From: Mobula hypostoma
Lineage: Eukaryota
Direction of reading: 5' to 3'
NCBI RefSeq assembly: GCF_963921235.1
Contig: NC_086097.1
Location: 3,720,001-3,784,000 of the forward strand
DNA length: 64,000 nt
A program made the position numbers and the translations under genes. This document shows positions 24,401 through 39,400 of the stretch, one piece after another (positions within the stretch are counted from its first letter, which is position 1; every line of letters begins with the position of its first letter). Below the pieces are notes generated by a model, which worked only from the letters and a program-made list of their open reading frames with translations, was not told the DNA's origin and did no database searches.

Positions 24401-27400
24401 AGGCCAAGATAGAGTGGGTGTGGAGAGGATGTTTCCTATAGTGGAGGAGTCTAGGACCAGAGAGCACAGCCTCAGAATAGAGGGATATCCAATTGGAATA
24501 GAGATAGGGAAAAAATTCTTCAATTAGAGGGGGGCGAATCTATGGAATTTATTCCCACAGACGGCTGTGCAGTCCTAATCATTGGGTATATTTAAGGCAG
24601 AGGTTGATAAGTTCTTGATTAATTATGGCATCAATGGTTACGGGGAGAAGGCAGGAGAATGATGATAAATCAGCCATGATGGAATGGCAGAGCAGACTTA
24701 ATGTAACGAACGGCCGAAGTCTGATCCTATTCCTGATAGTTTTATGGTCAATCAGTACTAAGATCCATAGATTTTTAAAAAATGGCATTTTCATTTTTCA
24801 TTTATATTTCTTAGAGATACAACATGGTAATAGACCCTTTTGGCCCAACAAGGCCATGTCACACAGCTGCACCCATGAGACCAATTAACCTCCTGACCCG
24901 CACACCTTTGGAATATGGGAGGGAATCAGAGGAAATCCGTGTGTTCACGCAGAGAACTTAGACAGCAGCAGGAGTTGTTGGTGCTGTATTAGAGTAAAGC
25001 TAATTGCTACTCTGCTGAACAAATTAGTAATCAAATGGCCAAATAAGCTTTATCTCTTCTGCCTACATAATGCCCTCTATTTTCCCCACATTCATGTGCC
25101 TATCTAAATGTCCCTTAAAAATCCCGAATATATCTGCCTCTAGCACCATGCCAGACAGCGCGTTCCAGGAACCCACCATCCTTGGCTGGAGTACTGCGCA
25201 GACGCAACAGAAGCATTCCCGCACAGGTCCAGCAAAGAGCTTTAAAAACTCAATCTCTCTAACAGAGAGGTACCGTCTAGTGGAGCGGTCATCGTGAGAC
25301 TGGTCGTTGTCAAAGTAGTCTTGAGTCAGAATAGTAAAGCTTTGGCTAAAAAGGGGTTTGGCAAGAACAAGCTGAGGCAAGGTAGGGGAGGCCATTCCTT
25401 ATTTCTTATTTAACTCTTGAGGGAATAGGGGGCATGCCTACAGAACCTGTCTTCTGTTCTGGGTGTCAGATGTTGGGATGTCAGGAGACTTCCACGGTCT
25501 CCGAAAGCCACACCTGACCAGTGCATCGAGACGCAGCTCCTTAGAGACCGTGTTAGGGAACTGGAGCTGCAGCTCGATGACCTTGGGTTGTTAGGGAAAG
25601 TGAAGCATCTACAGGGAGGTAGTCACCCCTAGGCTACAGGAGAAAGATAAGTGGGTGACTGTCAAGAGAGGGAAGGGAGAATGTCAGATAGTGGAGAGCA
25701 CCCCTGTGACTGTCCCCCTCAACAATAAGTACTCCGTTTTGAGAACTGTTGGGGGGGAACAACCAACCTGGGGGAAGCAACAGAGGCCGTACCTCTGGCC
25801 CTGTAGGTTAGAAACATAGGGAACTGAAGAGGGTGGCAGTAGTTATAGGAGACTCTATAGTTAGGCGGACAGACAGGCGAATCTGTGGATGCAAAAAGAA
25901 AACACAGATAGTAGTTTGCCTCCCAGGTGCCAGGGTCCAGGATGTTTCTGAACACATCCACAATATCCTGAAGGGATTTAAACTTGTTCAGGGTCGGCAT
26001 CCCTCACAGTGGAGCAGCAAATCATAAACAGAAGGAAGTGTACAGATGCTGGAAATCCAGAGCAACTCTCACACAATGCTGGAGCCCTCTCCTTCACCCT
26101 CTCCAAAGCTCCAACATCCTTCCTACTGTAGGGTGACCAGAACAGTGTGATGTGGCCGAACTAGAGTTTTATAAAGCTGCAGCACAACGGCCTGGCTTTT
26201 GAACTCAGTGCCTTGACTAATAAAGGCGAGCGTACCATTTGCCTTGTTAACCCCCGATCAACCTGTGCGGGCACAAGTACTGAAAATTGTCTCGTTATTG
26301 CATGAATCACATTATATTCCGTGCGGCAGCACGGTAGCACAACGCTTTACCGTATTGGTGACCCGGGTTCAATTCCCAATGCTGCCTGTATGCTCTCCCC
26401 ATGACTGAGTGGTTTTCCTTTGAGTGCTCCGGTTTCCCCCTACAGTCCAAAGGTGTGCCAGTTGGTAGGTTAATTGGTCATTGTAAATTGTCCCGTGATT
26501 AGGCTAGAATTAAACTGGGGGACTGCTGGGTGCCGTACCTCGAGGACTGGGAGGGCCTGTCAATCAATGAAAAAGCAATAAATATTATTGGGACTTACTT
26601 GTACAACTTTTCGATGTTTTTGTTCTATTACTGTGTCAGGTCTTCTTTGCTCTTGTTCTGGATGTTGGCAATTGCCATATTCACAATTAAAGCAAGATTC
26701 TGCGTCGCCGCCATAGTCCATAATCAACTTCAGCAAGCTGAGGTACTTCATACAAAACATGATTGTTGCTGGGAAGGACGTGGGGTGTGTCGGAATATAG
26801 GCATTGATGTTAGCTCCGTAGCTCATCAGCAGCTGGATGATTCTGATGGAGCCGTGTCGGATCGCAATGAGCAGTGGGTTTATCAGATCCACATTAGGAT
26901 TTGCTCCAGCCTTCAGCAGGATTTCCGTAGCCTCCACATTGTTGTTGTAAACAGCAAAGTACAACACAGAAGTGCGCTTGTCTTCAAAAAGTCGTGATCT
27001 TTCAGGTGACAAGAGGGCATTTATATTGTAGCCAGCTTCAATCAGCTCCTCCATAACATCCACGTGGTTGTGCTGAGCAGCGAGATGAAGAGGGCTTATT
27101 CCACTGCGTCTCACCCGGACCTTACTCGTGACTGGGAGCAACATTTCAATCAGGCTGGGTGGGAACAAGGAATTGATAACGATGTGTCACACATCAACCA
27201 TTTTCAATACCAAGACATTGCAAACCATCTCAGCAAGCTGCATCACCACACAGTACGGAAACTGCACTGCGATGGACAGCAAGGATCTACAACAGGTAGT
27301 CGAAACTACCCAACACATCACCGGGGGAGGGGGTGTCATCAAGGACATATATATGGAAAAGGGCCAGTACCATCATGAAGGATCCCACCCACCCCGCTCA

Positions 27401-30400
27401 TGGACTGCTTGTCCCATTCCCATCAGGGAGGAGGCTACGTAGCATCCAGACCAGGACCACCAGACTCAAATATAGTTGCTTTCCCCAAGCAGTAAGGCTT
27501 ATCAACACCTCCACCCACTAACCCACCTCTCCAAACCCCCAACCACCACCACTTTATCATTTCCTGTCAGAGTCACCTTATGTACAGACACTCCTGTGCC
27601 CAGCGTCACTTTATGGACATACAATCAATTTATGTATATAAGCTATCTTATGTATTTATATTTATTGTGTTGTTTTGTGCTGTATCAGATCCGGAGTAAC
27701 AATTATGTACCGGAAATCATATTTTAAAATCTCGAATCTTGGATCTTACTCGTGTTATTACTCTGTGGCTGCAATCAGGAACGTCAAATATTTGACTTAA
27801 TGATAGCAAAACCTTAAATTAGAGCTCACAAGTATGTTGATGAATCTCTATTCTCCCCAGCACCAAGGGCACCTTTAAAAAGTGATGATTCAAAAAGGCA
27901 GCATCCATCATTAAGGGCACCCATCACCCAGGACAAGCCCTCTTCTCATTGTTACCATTGAGGAGAGGGTACAGAAGCCTGAAGACACACACTCAGTGAT
28001 TCAGGAACAGCTTCTTCCCCTCTGCCATCAGATTTCTGAATGGATAATCAGCCCATGAACACCACCTCACCTATTTTTATTCTCTTTTTGCACTACTTAT
28101 TTAAGTAGAATTTATATATATATTTCTTATAGGAAGTTATAGTTTTATTATTATGTATTGCAATACACTGCTGCCACAAAACAACAATTTTCACATCTGC
28201 CAGTGAGATTAAACCTGATCCTGATCCAAACCAAGTTTAGCAAATCATTTGTCGCCTTATTTTTCTTTTAAATGAAAGTATCAAAGGGTCAATTCAAGTC
28301 CCAGAGCCCATGCCCAAGTCCACAGTAATTCAGACCTCTGCAACATTTTCAGTTCAGGCAGTTGTGTCTCGTCAACTTACTCCATGTTGCCTCTGGCAGC
28401 TGCGATGTGAAGGGGCAGCCAGCCATCCTTGTTCCCCTTGTTTGCATCAGCGTTTTGCGAAAGGAGAAATTCCACAATGTCGGTATGCTCATTTTTGCTG
28501 GCTTCATACAATGCTGAGGCATTATCATTGGCTTGGGTGTTGACGTCAGCACCTGAGGAGAGTGGAACAGTAATATTATTAACACAATGATCATCGCAAA
28601 GAGTTGCATTGAATAATCAATGGTAGAAATTTACGGTTCATCATGCTCACAGTGTCTGAAATAAAGATGTAAGGCATAGGTGCAGAATTAGACTGTTCGG
28701 GCCATCGAGTCTGCTCCACCATTCTATCATGGCTGATTTATTTTCCATCTCAGCCCCATTCTCCTACCTTCTCCCTGTAACCTTTGATACCTTGACTAAC
28801 GAAGAACCTATCAGTATACCCAAAGGAACAGGCCCTTCAGTCCGTGATGCTACTGGGGCAGCATCCGAGGGAATAAAGTGAGGAAGGAACCTTCCAGCCT
28901 CGCAAAGCTTTCTGAAGTTCACTGGGTGAAGAGTGCAGGAAGAAACCTCCACCCCTTTGTTCTGACTTTGCTGGTACCAAAAGGGAAAGTCCACTGCTTT
29001 CAGGGAATTTCAAACCATACTGCTCGGTTTATTAACTGGCACACACTAACATGGATTGAATGTCAGGCAGGCAAATCAGGAGTTCACCATTTCAGCAGCC
29101 AGAACAAAAAGGGTTAAAGGAGTCACTGGAATGTCCAGCAAGCTCTGAGCTCCAACTAGAGATGTAACTTAGTAACCACAAAATGCAGAGCAGTAACCAG
29201 GTAATGGAAGAAGGGCTGTTGCAGGCAGAATTATGACGCTTTCAAGGGCACATGCAACATTATTTACCACAGAACTTCAAAGAGGGTTTGATCCAGATCA
29301 TGGGCATTGCTAGTATGAAGTTTGCTTGTTCTTCCTGTTGGCTAGGAAGGATTTAAGATCTATCTCAGGGTCAAGGACAGTGGAAGTAGACAAATCAATT
29401 GTTTTTGTTCTTGCCGTGTGGTTGAAGGAATGGAGGCTGCCATTTTGTGACGCTACTCTGTAACCTCCATTTTGTGAGCTGTCTTGTGAGGTGGTTTTGC
29501 TCAGGAATGGCTGTATCAAAGTGTTTTAAAGTGGATACAATGATGCTCCTGATAATCTGCTGAACTAGAGGTCAGTTCCAAATAAGAAGTTATTTGTGAT
29601 GTGTTCTTTGATACAATAGAACATGCAGGTTTATAAATAGGGGAGTCTGTGTCTGACCTGAGCAACTGGAACCTCACAACAGACTGATCTGCTCTGATTC
29701 AGAACAAAGAGTTATTACTCACAAGTTGTTACTTGCGAGAAGGGCAATTACACAATGCTAGTTAATGGGAAGGTGACACGCGTTAGCCAGATAGGCCAGA
29801 GCCAACGAGATCTAAACGCAGTATTTGAACTGATACAAATGCAAAATGGCAAGAGCTCTGCAGCCTAACTATCACAAAGAAGGCTCCCCCATGCTGGGGA
29901 CTGGGAGAAGAAGGATTGATCATTTCGCCAATGAAAGATCTCTATTTCAGTGATATAAATTGGAGAGGTGATCTGAGTGAGTGTTGGTACAGAGGGAAGA
30001 GTAAAGTTTATGTTTTAAGTTGCTGGCCTGGGGTTAAATAGTTATGTTAATGTTTGTGCAAGAGACAATAAAGTGCAAGTTTTGAGTAATTAAAAGTTGT
30101 GTAGTTAATTACCTAACCTATATGAGTTGATGTAAGTCAACATCCCTGTGACCGACTGTGTGTCATTCCTCGAGTGCTCCATTTTCCTCCCACATGCTAA
30201 AAACAAGCTGGTAAATTGGCAAATTGGCAAATGTAAATTGCCTCTAGTGTAGGTGGGGACGGAGTTGATAGGAAAGCTAGAAGAAGGGCGATGTAACAAG
30301 CAGTCACTCTTATCTTGTTTTCAAAAAAGAGCAAGATTGAGGTTTCCCTTGACCACCATCTTCTATAACTTCCTCTGACTCCAGATTCAATAAAGGTAAT

Positions 30401-33400
30401 ATTGGATTATACAGCATCTAACATTGGCCAACATGTATAAAGGATTATTAAACATGATAATGCCTAAGCCATTTTGAATTAGCTCAACTCTCTTGTGCAC
30501 CGGAGATTCACCAGGTTGATTCCAGGGATGGGGGGGGTAGCCTATGAAGAGAGGTTGAGTCAGATGGGACAATGCTGTCTGGAATTCAGAAGAATGAGAG
30601 GAGAACTTATAGAAACATATAAAATTATGAAACTGATAGATAGGATAGATCTTGTGTTTGCAAGACCTTTTTGGACATTGGTAATGTAGAATAGTGCAAG
30701 TCTGAATCATTGGTTCATTGTAGAAACCGGTGGTGGGGGAACTGCATGGTCTTAATTGTGCAGAACAGGCCCTCAAGCCGTGGGATCGCCTGACGCAGCC
30801 GCCCAGGGGAGGAGTTGCCAGAGGCGGTGCAGTGTGGCGGGCATCCATGCTGGGTTCGGGACTGGCCACTACCATCAGTGCTATTCTCCAGTGTTCGCTC
30901 GGTGAAAAACAAGCTGGATCGTGATCATCTATGGCTGCACTAGTGCGTGGTGGCCAGACTGCCATGGGCTTGTTCTTGCTGACAAACATCTCATGGACCA
31001 TCAACAAACCAATGACACTCAGGGACTTGTGTGACTCGACGTTTACTGCTATAGTAATTATACATGCCTTGTGCTGTGTGCAGCCGTTGGTACTGAGTTT
31101 TACACCTTGGTCTCAGAGGAACGCCGTCTCGTTTGCCTGTATTCATCTATGATTGACCGACAATTAAACTTGAACTTGAATTTGAAGATAGAGGCTAGAA
31201 AGTTGTTTCTACTGGTGTGTGAGACTGAATTTGGGAGATGTGACCCCAAAATTGGGGGGGAGGAGAATTAATTTAGGACGGCGAAGAGGAGAGTAGTGAA
31301 TCTGTGGAATTCTCTGCCCAGCGAAACATTCTCTTTAGATATTCGTAAGACACAGTTAGAGAGGTTTTTGTATGGCAGGGTGATTAAGGATTATGGGGGA
31401 GAGGCAGGTAGGTAAAGCTGAGACATTAGCAGGATCAATCATGATCTTATTGAAATCAAGAACAGGCTCAGCGGGCCAGATGGCCAACTCCTACTCTTAG
31501 TTTTCACGTCTCGTATGTTTATGTAATTTTCCAGAGCAGTGAATTGTCTTCCTCTTCATCCGTTCATCTGTCCCTTCTAAACCTGCTCTCACCCCTCTTA
31601 CAGACAGTGCAATGTAGATCATAAAAACTCACTGCTCAGCAAACTCAATCCTCATTTTAGCCTCCACCCTAATGGTATGAACATGGATGTCTCCAACTTC
31701 GGGTAATTTTATTCTCCTCCCCCTTTCCTGTTTTCAGTTCCCAACTCCGGCCTCTTACCTTTCCTCCTCACCTGCTCAGTGAGGATATTCCCCATCTCCA
31801 TTCCCAATCCCCGTTCCCCTTTTACCCCTTCTCTTCCCCTCACCTATCATTCAACTTCCCCTGGTGCTCATCCTCCTCTCCTCTCTCCATGGTCCACTCT
31901 CCTCCCCGATCAGATTCCTTCCTCTTCATCCCTTTACCTTTTCCACCTATTGCCTCCCAGGTTCTGTTCACCCCCACCCCCCCCCCACTCCTACCCACCT
32001 GGCTTCACCTGTCAACTTCTAGCTTGGACTCCTTCACGTCCCCCACCTTTTTATTCTGGCTTCCTCCCCCTTCCTTTCCAGTCCTGATGAAAAGACTCAG
32101 CCTGAAATGTCGACAGTTTATACTTTTCCACAGATGCTGCCTGACCTGCTGAGTTCTCCAGCGTTCTCTTTGTGTCTCTCCTCATCTTGCCTTTTACCAA
32201 TTGTCTTCCAGCTTGGTGTCCTTTGATTACCAAATCCCTGCAGTAGAAGACCTCATAGTCCAGCGTCCTTCTCAATAACCGCACTGCGAGATAGTTGCAC
32301 TTACCGTGTTTGACAAGAAAACGCAAGGCTTCCAATTGTCCACTCTGAGCTGCAACAAACAATGGACTGACTCCATAGGCATTTGTTGACTCAATCTTGG
32401 CACCGGCGGTGATAAGAGCTTCAATAATGTCCAGATCGTTTCGTACAACTGCCTCGTGAAGAGCAGTCCATCCGCGATTGCAGCGGTGATTCACATCAGC
32501 ATTGAACTTAACCAGCAATTTCACCACCTCCACATTTTTATTTTCACAGGCTGTTAAAAAGGAAATCACAAAGTTAAATTAATATGTGCTGACAAAATTG
32601 GGGATATTGTGCTGCACAATATATGCATCTTTGAATTATATTTTATTAACTTATTTGTGGTAATGCAGTGGATTCTGGTTAATTGGGGCATCGGTTAATC
32701 AGTGCCGCTGCTTATTTGGGACAACTCTCAAAGCTCAAAAACTAATCGAGAAAATTGCCATTTATTTGGGACAGTATGCCACTTAATTATTTATTTATTT
32801 GGGACAGTGTGCCACTTATTTATTTATTTATTTGGGACAGTGTGCCACTTATTTTGGACAGGAGACTGTTGCTGAATAGATACTAACTAGTGTCAGCCAG
32901 GTGCACTCGTGTGGCCGTTGGATGCAACATCATGCTTCGAGCGAAGTTTTTATATTGTGTTAGCAGCCACTAATTGGATCAAAGGTGTCCCAATGAACTG
33001 GAATCCTCTGTCTTTTGTTTAATTTTATGTATATAAGAATCCGTTAATCTTATGAGACCATGGATTTGCTCCTTGGAAGGTTTCCAGGGCGCAGGCCTGG
33101 GCAAGGTTGTATGGAAGACCAGCAGTTGCCCATGCTGCAAGTCTCCCCTCTCCACGACACCAATGTTGTCCAAGGGAAGGGCATTAGGACCCACACAGCT
33201 TGGCACCACTGTCGTCGCAGAGCAATGTGTGGTTAAGTGCCTTGCTCAAGGACACACACGCTGCCTCAGCCAAGGCTTGAACTAGTGACCTTCAAATCAC
33301 CAGACAAATGCCTTAACCATTTGGCCACACGTCACACTTGTTTAATGTACTGAGTGTGATATATGTTGTGTGAGTGTCCCATGGTCCAGAGGAACATGGT

Positions 33401-36400
33401 TTCATTTGGTTCTTTCTACGCACCATCAGATGACAATAAACTTGAACTTGATAGTGTTTTAGTAGTTGGAGCACAAATTGAAAAGTCATTTGGTTCTCCT
33501 GTGAAATTAATGCAATAATTTAAAGTGAGAAATTAGGATAATTTTGTTCATTGTTTATGGTCATCTCTGTCCAGGCCTGAATGTGTTGCCCATCCGGAAC
33601 TGGACAGTGTTGCTCAGTTCCCCTCTTGCAATCCTTTTGCAGTGTCACTGGGGGGCTAATTCTCTTATCTGGGCCCAATGAAGGAATGGCCGCCTGCTTG
33701 CAAGGCAGGATAGCATGTGACCCTGAGGGAGAGCTGAGAACGGTTGACTGTTAAGAAGTTGGGCAACACAGTAGCCTAGTTCAGTTCCCTCTGCTGCCTG
33801 TAAGGAATTTGTGCGTTCTCTCCGTGATGGCATGGATTTCCTCTGGGTGCTCCAGTTCCCTCCTGCAGTCCAAAGGCATACTGGTTGGAAGGTTAACTGG
33901 TCATTGTAAATTGTCCCATGATTAGGCGAGGATTAAATCAGGGGATTGCTGGGGGTGTGGCTTGAAGGGCCCGGCTGTATCTCAAAAAATAAGCAAATAA
34001 GTCACTAGTTCAATCTGCCATATCCCACCAAAAGAAACAATACTCCCCCAGACCAAGGTGCACAAAAAGTAATAAAGTAATATTACTACAGTTAAGTTAA
34101 CAAATAATAAAGTGCATTTATGCCACAAGTTACAAAGTAAATGGTATAATGCTACTGACACTTCCAACATGATGAGACTTGGGTGGTGGCAAAGTGTTCA
34201 GTAGCCTCATGGTCTGGGGGAAGGAGTTGTTTCTCATCCTAAAAGTTCTTGCACTAATGCTAGAGTGCCTCCTGCCCGATGGTAGGGTGTCAAAGAGATT
34301 GTTGGATAGGTGAGTGGGATCATTGACAATGCTAAGGCCCTGTGTACACAGCACTCCTGATAAACATCTCTGATGGGTGGAAAAGCGAGTGATAATCCTC
34401 CCAGCAGTCCATACAATTCTTTGTAGGGTCTTGTGGTCAAATGTCTTGCAATTCCTGCTATGTATTTCTTTGTATAAAAGACAGCTTATTATGAAGGGTT
34501 TCAGAAGCAGTTTTTCTCCTGAAGTTACAGTGTTGGTACATAATTGATTCACTTGTTTATTTATTATTATTAGGTTTTATTGTATTAATTAATTTTTCTC
34601 TCTGCTAGATTATGTATTGCATTCAACTGCTGCTGCTAAGTTAACAAAATTTCACGTCACATGCCGGTGATAATAAACCTGATTCTGATTTTGATTCCGA
34701 TCCTCAGTCTGCAAGTGCACAGTATGCACCCCTGACATAACCCACAAAAAAGCTTTCAACATTTACCGGCTAATCCACTGTAATCTCTGTTTGGGAATAG
34801 TTTATAGAGGCAACACAGAATACACTAACACAAGAAGAGTAGATTAAGAGTGTTGGTTACCTTTGTAGAGTGCTGTTTCTTTGGTCTTATTGGTGATATC
34901 ACATTCTGCCCCAGCTTCCAGTAAACAAATCATGCACTCCACGTATCCTCGAGATGTTGCTAAATATAGAGCTGTTTCCTCTCCCAGCGTCCGACAATCC
35001 ACCGTTCCGGGATAAGCTGTTTACAGTAAATCATGTAAACATTTCAACTCAACTAAGCAGAGATGTGTTGGCATTGGAGAGGGTCCAGGAGGTTCATGAG
35101 AATGACCCCAGGAACAAAAGGGTTAACATACAAGGAGCCTGTACTTTGGTTCTATACACATGACAATTTACAATGATCAATTAACCTATAACCAATACAT
35201 CTTTGGACTGTGTGAAGAAATCAGAAGACCTGGAGAAAACCCATACATTCCACAGGAAGTGCCTGCTGACTGCTTACATATGACGTCAGAATTGAACTCC
35301 GAGCACTGACATCGTGAGCTGTAATAGCGTCATGCCACAGCGGTGCCCATAGATATTTCCTGTAGTGGCGATGTCTAACACCAGAGGACATCTTCAGAAA
35401 ACAGGGACATCCCTTTAGAATGGATGTGAGGAGGAATTTCTTCAGCCAGAGGGTGGTGAACCTGTGGAATTCATTGCCACAGGCGACTGTGGAGGCCGGA
35501 TCATTGGGTGTATTCAGAGCAGAGGTTAATAAGTTCTTGATTAGTCGCCATGTCAAAGACTATGAGGAGAAGGCAAGAGAATGGGGTTGAGAGGGAAAAT
35601 AAACCAGCTATGATGGCAGAACGGACATGATTGGCCAGATGCCCTATGTCTTATGGTCTTATGTTCTTATTACAGCAGAGTACAGGCTCTTCACGCCACG
35701 ATGTTGTGCAAACCTTTAAACCTACTCCAAGATCACTCCACAGTCTGACCACCTTCTGAGTGAAGACATTGCCCCTCCCACTCCCCTTACACCTTGTTTC
35801 CCTTGGTAAGATCTCAGACAAAGTTAGGAATCAAAAGTTTGATCATGGTGTGACTAGTGTCCAGAGCCGCATATACTTGAATGAAAGAAGTATCGTAGGA
35901 AAGGCGAATGATAGTGCTGAAGATGCGGTAGCTGGTTTGGTTTACAAAGAGAAGCGATGTGTAGTGAGGAGAGGCTGTTGATAGGGCAAAATTGCAGTCA
36001 ACAGGATGAGTTATAATGTAAAGACAGACAAAATCAACCAAAGGTGTTGTATTTGAATGTGTGCAGTACACAGAATGAAGTAGATGAACTTCTAGCACAG
36101 TTGCAGATTGGCGGGTATGATGTTGTAGGCATCACTGAATTATGGCTGAAAGAAGATTGTAGCAGGGAGCTTAATGTCCAAGGATACAGATTGTATCAAA
36201 AGGACAGGCAGAAAGACAGAGGGAGCAGCGTTAAGGTAAAAACCTTCAGGGACAAGACATCATAACATGATCAAGTTCACCCTGAAATTTAAGAAGCGGA
36301 AGTTAAAGTCAGATGTATCAGTATTACAGTGGAGTAAAGTGGAATTGCAGAGGCATGAGAGAGGAGTTGGCCAGAACTTGAAATCAGAGGGATCTTGGGG

Positions 36401-39400
36401 TCCAAGTCCATAGGACACTCAAAGCTGCTGTGCAGGTTGACTCTGTGATTAAGAAAGCATATGGTGTATTGGCCTTTATCAATTATGGGATTGAGTTTAG
36501 GAGCCAAGAGGCAATGTTGCAGCTATATAGGACCCTGGTCAGACCCCACTTGGCGTACTGTGCTTAGCTCTGGTCACCTCACTACAGGAAGGATGTGGAA
36601 ACCATAGAAAGGGTGCAGAGATGTACAAGGATACTGCCTGGATGTGGGGGCATGCCTTATGAGAATAGGTTGAGTGAACTCGGCCTTTTCTCCTTGGAGC
36701 GACGGAAGATGAGAGGTGAGCTGATAGAGGTGTGCAGGATGGTAAGAAGCATTGATCATGTGGATAGTCAGAGGTTTTTTCCCAAGGCTGAAATGGCTAG
36801 CACAAGAGGGCATGATTTTAAGGTGCTTGGAAGTAAGCACAGAGGAGATTCAGGGGTAAGTTTTTTACACAGAGAGTGGTGAGTGCGTGGAATGGGCTGT
36901 CGGTGATGGTGGTGGAGGCAGATACGATAGGGTCTTTTAAGAGACTCCTGAATAGGTATATAGGGCTCAGAAAAATAGAGGGCTATGCATAACCCCAGGT
37001 AATTTCTTAGGTAAGGACATGTTCGACACAGCTTTGTGGACCAAAGGGCCTGTATTGTTCTGTAGGTTTTCTATGTTTCTTTGTTTCTAACTGATTGGAA
37101 AAGAACACTGGCAGGGATGATGGCAGAGCAGCAATTGCTGGAATTTCTGGAAGCAACTTGGAAGGCACAGAATATATACATCCCAAAGAGGAAGAAGCAT
37201 TCAAAAAGAAAGATGACACAGCCACGGCTAACAAGAGAAGTCAATGCCAACATAAAAGTCAAAGAGAGGGCATATAATAGAGCAAAAATTAGTGGGAAGT
37301 TAGAGGATAGGGAAGCTTTTCAATACCAACATAAGGCAACTAAAATAGTCATTAAGGTAAAGATGGAATACAAAAGTATACTAGCCAATAATAATAAAGA
37401 GGAGATCAAATGTTTTTTTAGTGTATAAGAGAGATGAGAGTCAATATTGAACCGTTGGAAAAAGATGCTGGAGAGGTTGTAATGGGGGACAACTGAATAA
37501 ATACTTTGCGTCAGTCTTCACTGTGTAAGACATGAGCAGTGTGATCAATGTTCATTGTTCATGTTCATGACGAATGTTCCAGGTATCAGGGGGCATGAAG
37601 TGTGTGAAGTTACCACTACCACAGAGAAGATTCTTGGGAAACTGAAAGGTCTAGAGAAGAATAAGTCACCTGGACCAGATAGTATATGACCTACCTTGGT
37701 TGGTCCTACTGAAGTACAAATCCTCATGCTGTCTGCTTTAAATTCCATCTGCCATTTTCAACCCATTTTTCCAGATGAATTTGATCCCTCTGCAAGCTAT
37801 GATAGCCTTCCTCACTGTCCACTCACTGACCCCCATCTGGTGTCATCTGCAAATTTGCTGATCCAGTTAACCACATTATCATCCAGATCATTGATGTAGA
37901 TGACATACAACAACAGACCCACCATCGATCCCTGTGGCACTCCACTAGTCACAGGCCTCCAGTTAGAGAGGCAACCATCTACTGCCACTCTCTGGCTTCT
38001 CCCACAAATCTAATGTCTAATCCAATTTACTAAATCATCTTGAATGCTGAGCGACTGAACCTTCTTCACCAATTTCCCACGTGGGACCTTGTCAAATCCC
38101 TTGCCAAAGTCCACTTTCCTGGTAACTTCTTCGAAAAACTCTGAAAGAGCTATCTAAATTTAGGTCAAACGTTCATTTTAGTAGAATTAATTTGGTCAAT
38201 CGATGATAACGAAAGGGGCGACCAATTTGATAATGTTCTTTTTATATAATTTAATAAAGTAAGAAAATTTTCTTTAAATAAGTATTTATAATTCTTAGTA
38301 ATTGTTACACCCAAATAAGTGAATTGGTTTCTTACAAGTTTAAAAGGAAGGTTAATATCAGTTAACGGCAAAATATTCAAAGGAAAAAGTTCACTCTTGT
38401 GTAGGTTCAATTTATATCCAGAAGACTGTCTAAGACAAGATAGTAAAGAAAGCACAGAAGGTAATGAAGTTTTGACATTAGAAATGTAAAGCAATAAATC
38501 ATCTGTGTAAAGTGAAACTTTGTGGATAGTACCCTTCCGTAAAATGCCAGTGATATCGTTAGATTCTTGAAAAGCAATAGCTAAAGGTTCTAAAGTCGGG
38601 TCAAAGAGCAAAGGACTCAGAGGGCAACCTTGCTTGGTTCCACGTTGAAGTTTAAATGCTTTAGAATTCTGAGAATTAGTAAGATCCCGAGCAAAAGGGG
38701 ATAAATACAGTAATTCAATCCATTGAATAAAGTTGGATCCAAAATTAAATTTTTCTAAAATTTTAAACAAATAATGCCATTCAACCCGATCAAAAGCCTT
38801 CTCAGAGTCTAAGGATATCACACACTCCGATATCTCCTTAGAAGGAGAATAAATAACATTTAATAATCGATGAATATTAAAATGAGAATATTGATTTTTT
38901 ATAAAACCAGTCTGATCGTCAGAAATGATAGATGGTAAGATATTTTCCATCCTACAGGCCAGAACTGTAGATATTATTTTAGCATCAACATTAAGTAAGG
39001 AAAGTGGTCTATATGAAGAACATTCAGTTGGGTTCTTATTTTTTTTAACCTAAATTTATATACCTCCTTCAGGCGTTACCCATTTTTATTCCTAAATCCT
39101 TTTTTGACTCTCTGGACTCTATTTTATCCTCCTACATATGGAAAAATAAATGTCCTCGACTGAATAAAGTACATCTCCAGAAAGTTAAAAAAATGGAGGT
39201 TTAGCTTTACCCAATTTAGGTTTTATTACTGGGCAGCTAATATACAGAATCTCATGTTTTGGTTATACTACATTAATCATGAGGACTGCCCCGGGTGGGT
39301 TTCTTTAGAAGCTAACTCGGTTTAATAAATTTTCTATTATCTCTCTTTTGGGATCTTCACTTCCTTTATCCTTAAGTAAGATAACTGAAAATGTGGTGGT

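Noticed and set aside
30387..31007. 206-aa minus-strand ORF
   Set aside because: Spans a Rex1-like 5' relic and a CR1 fragment in antisense; no recognisable domain
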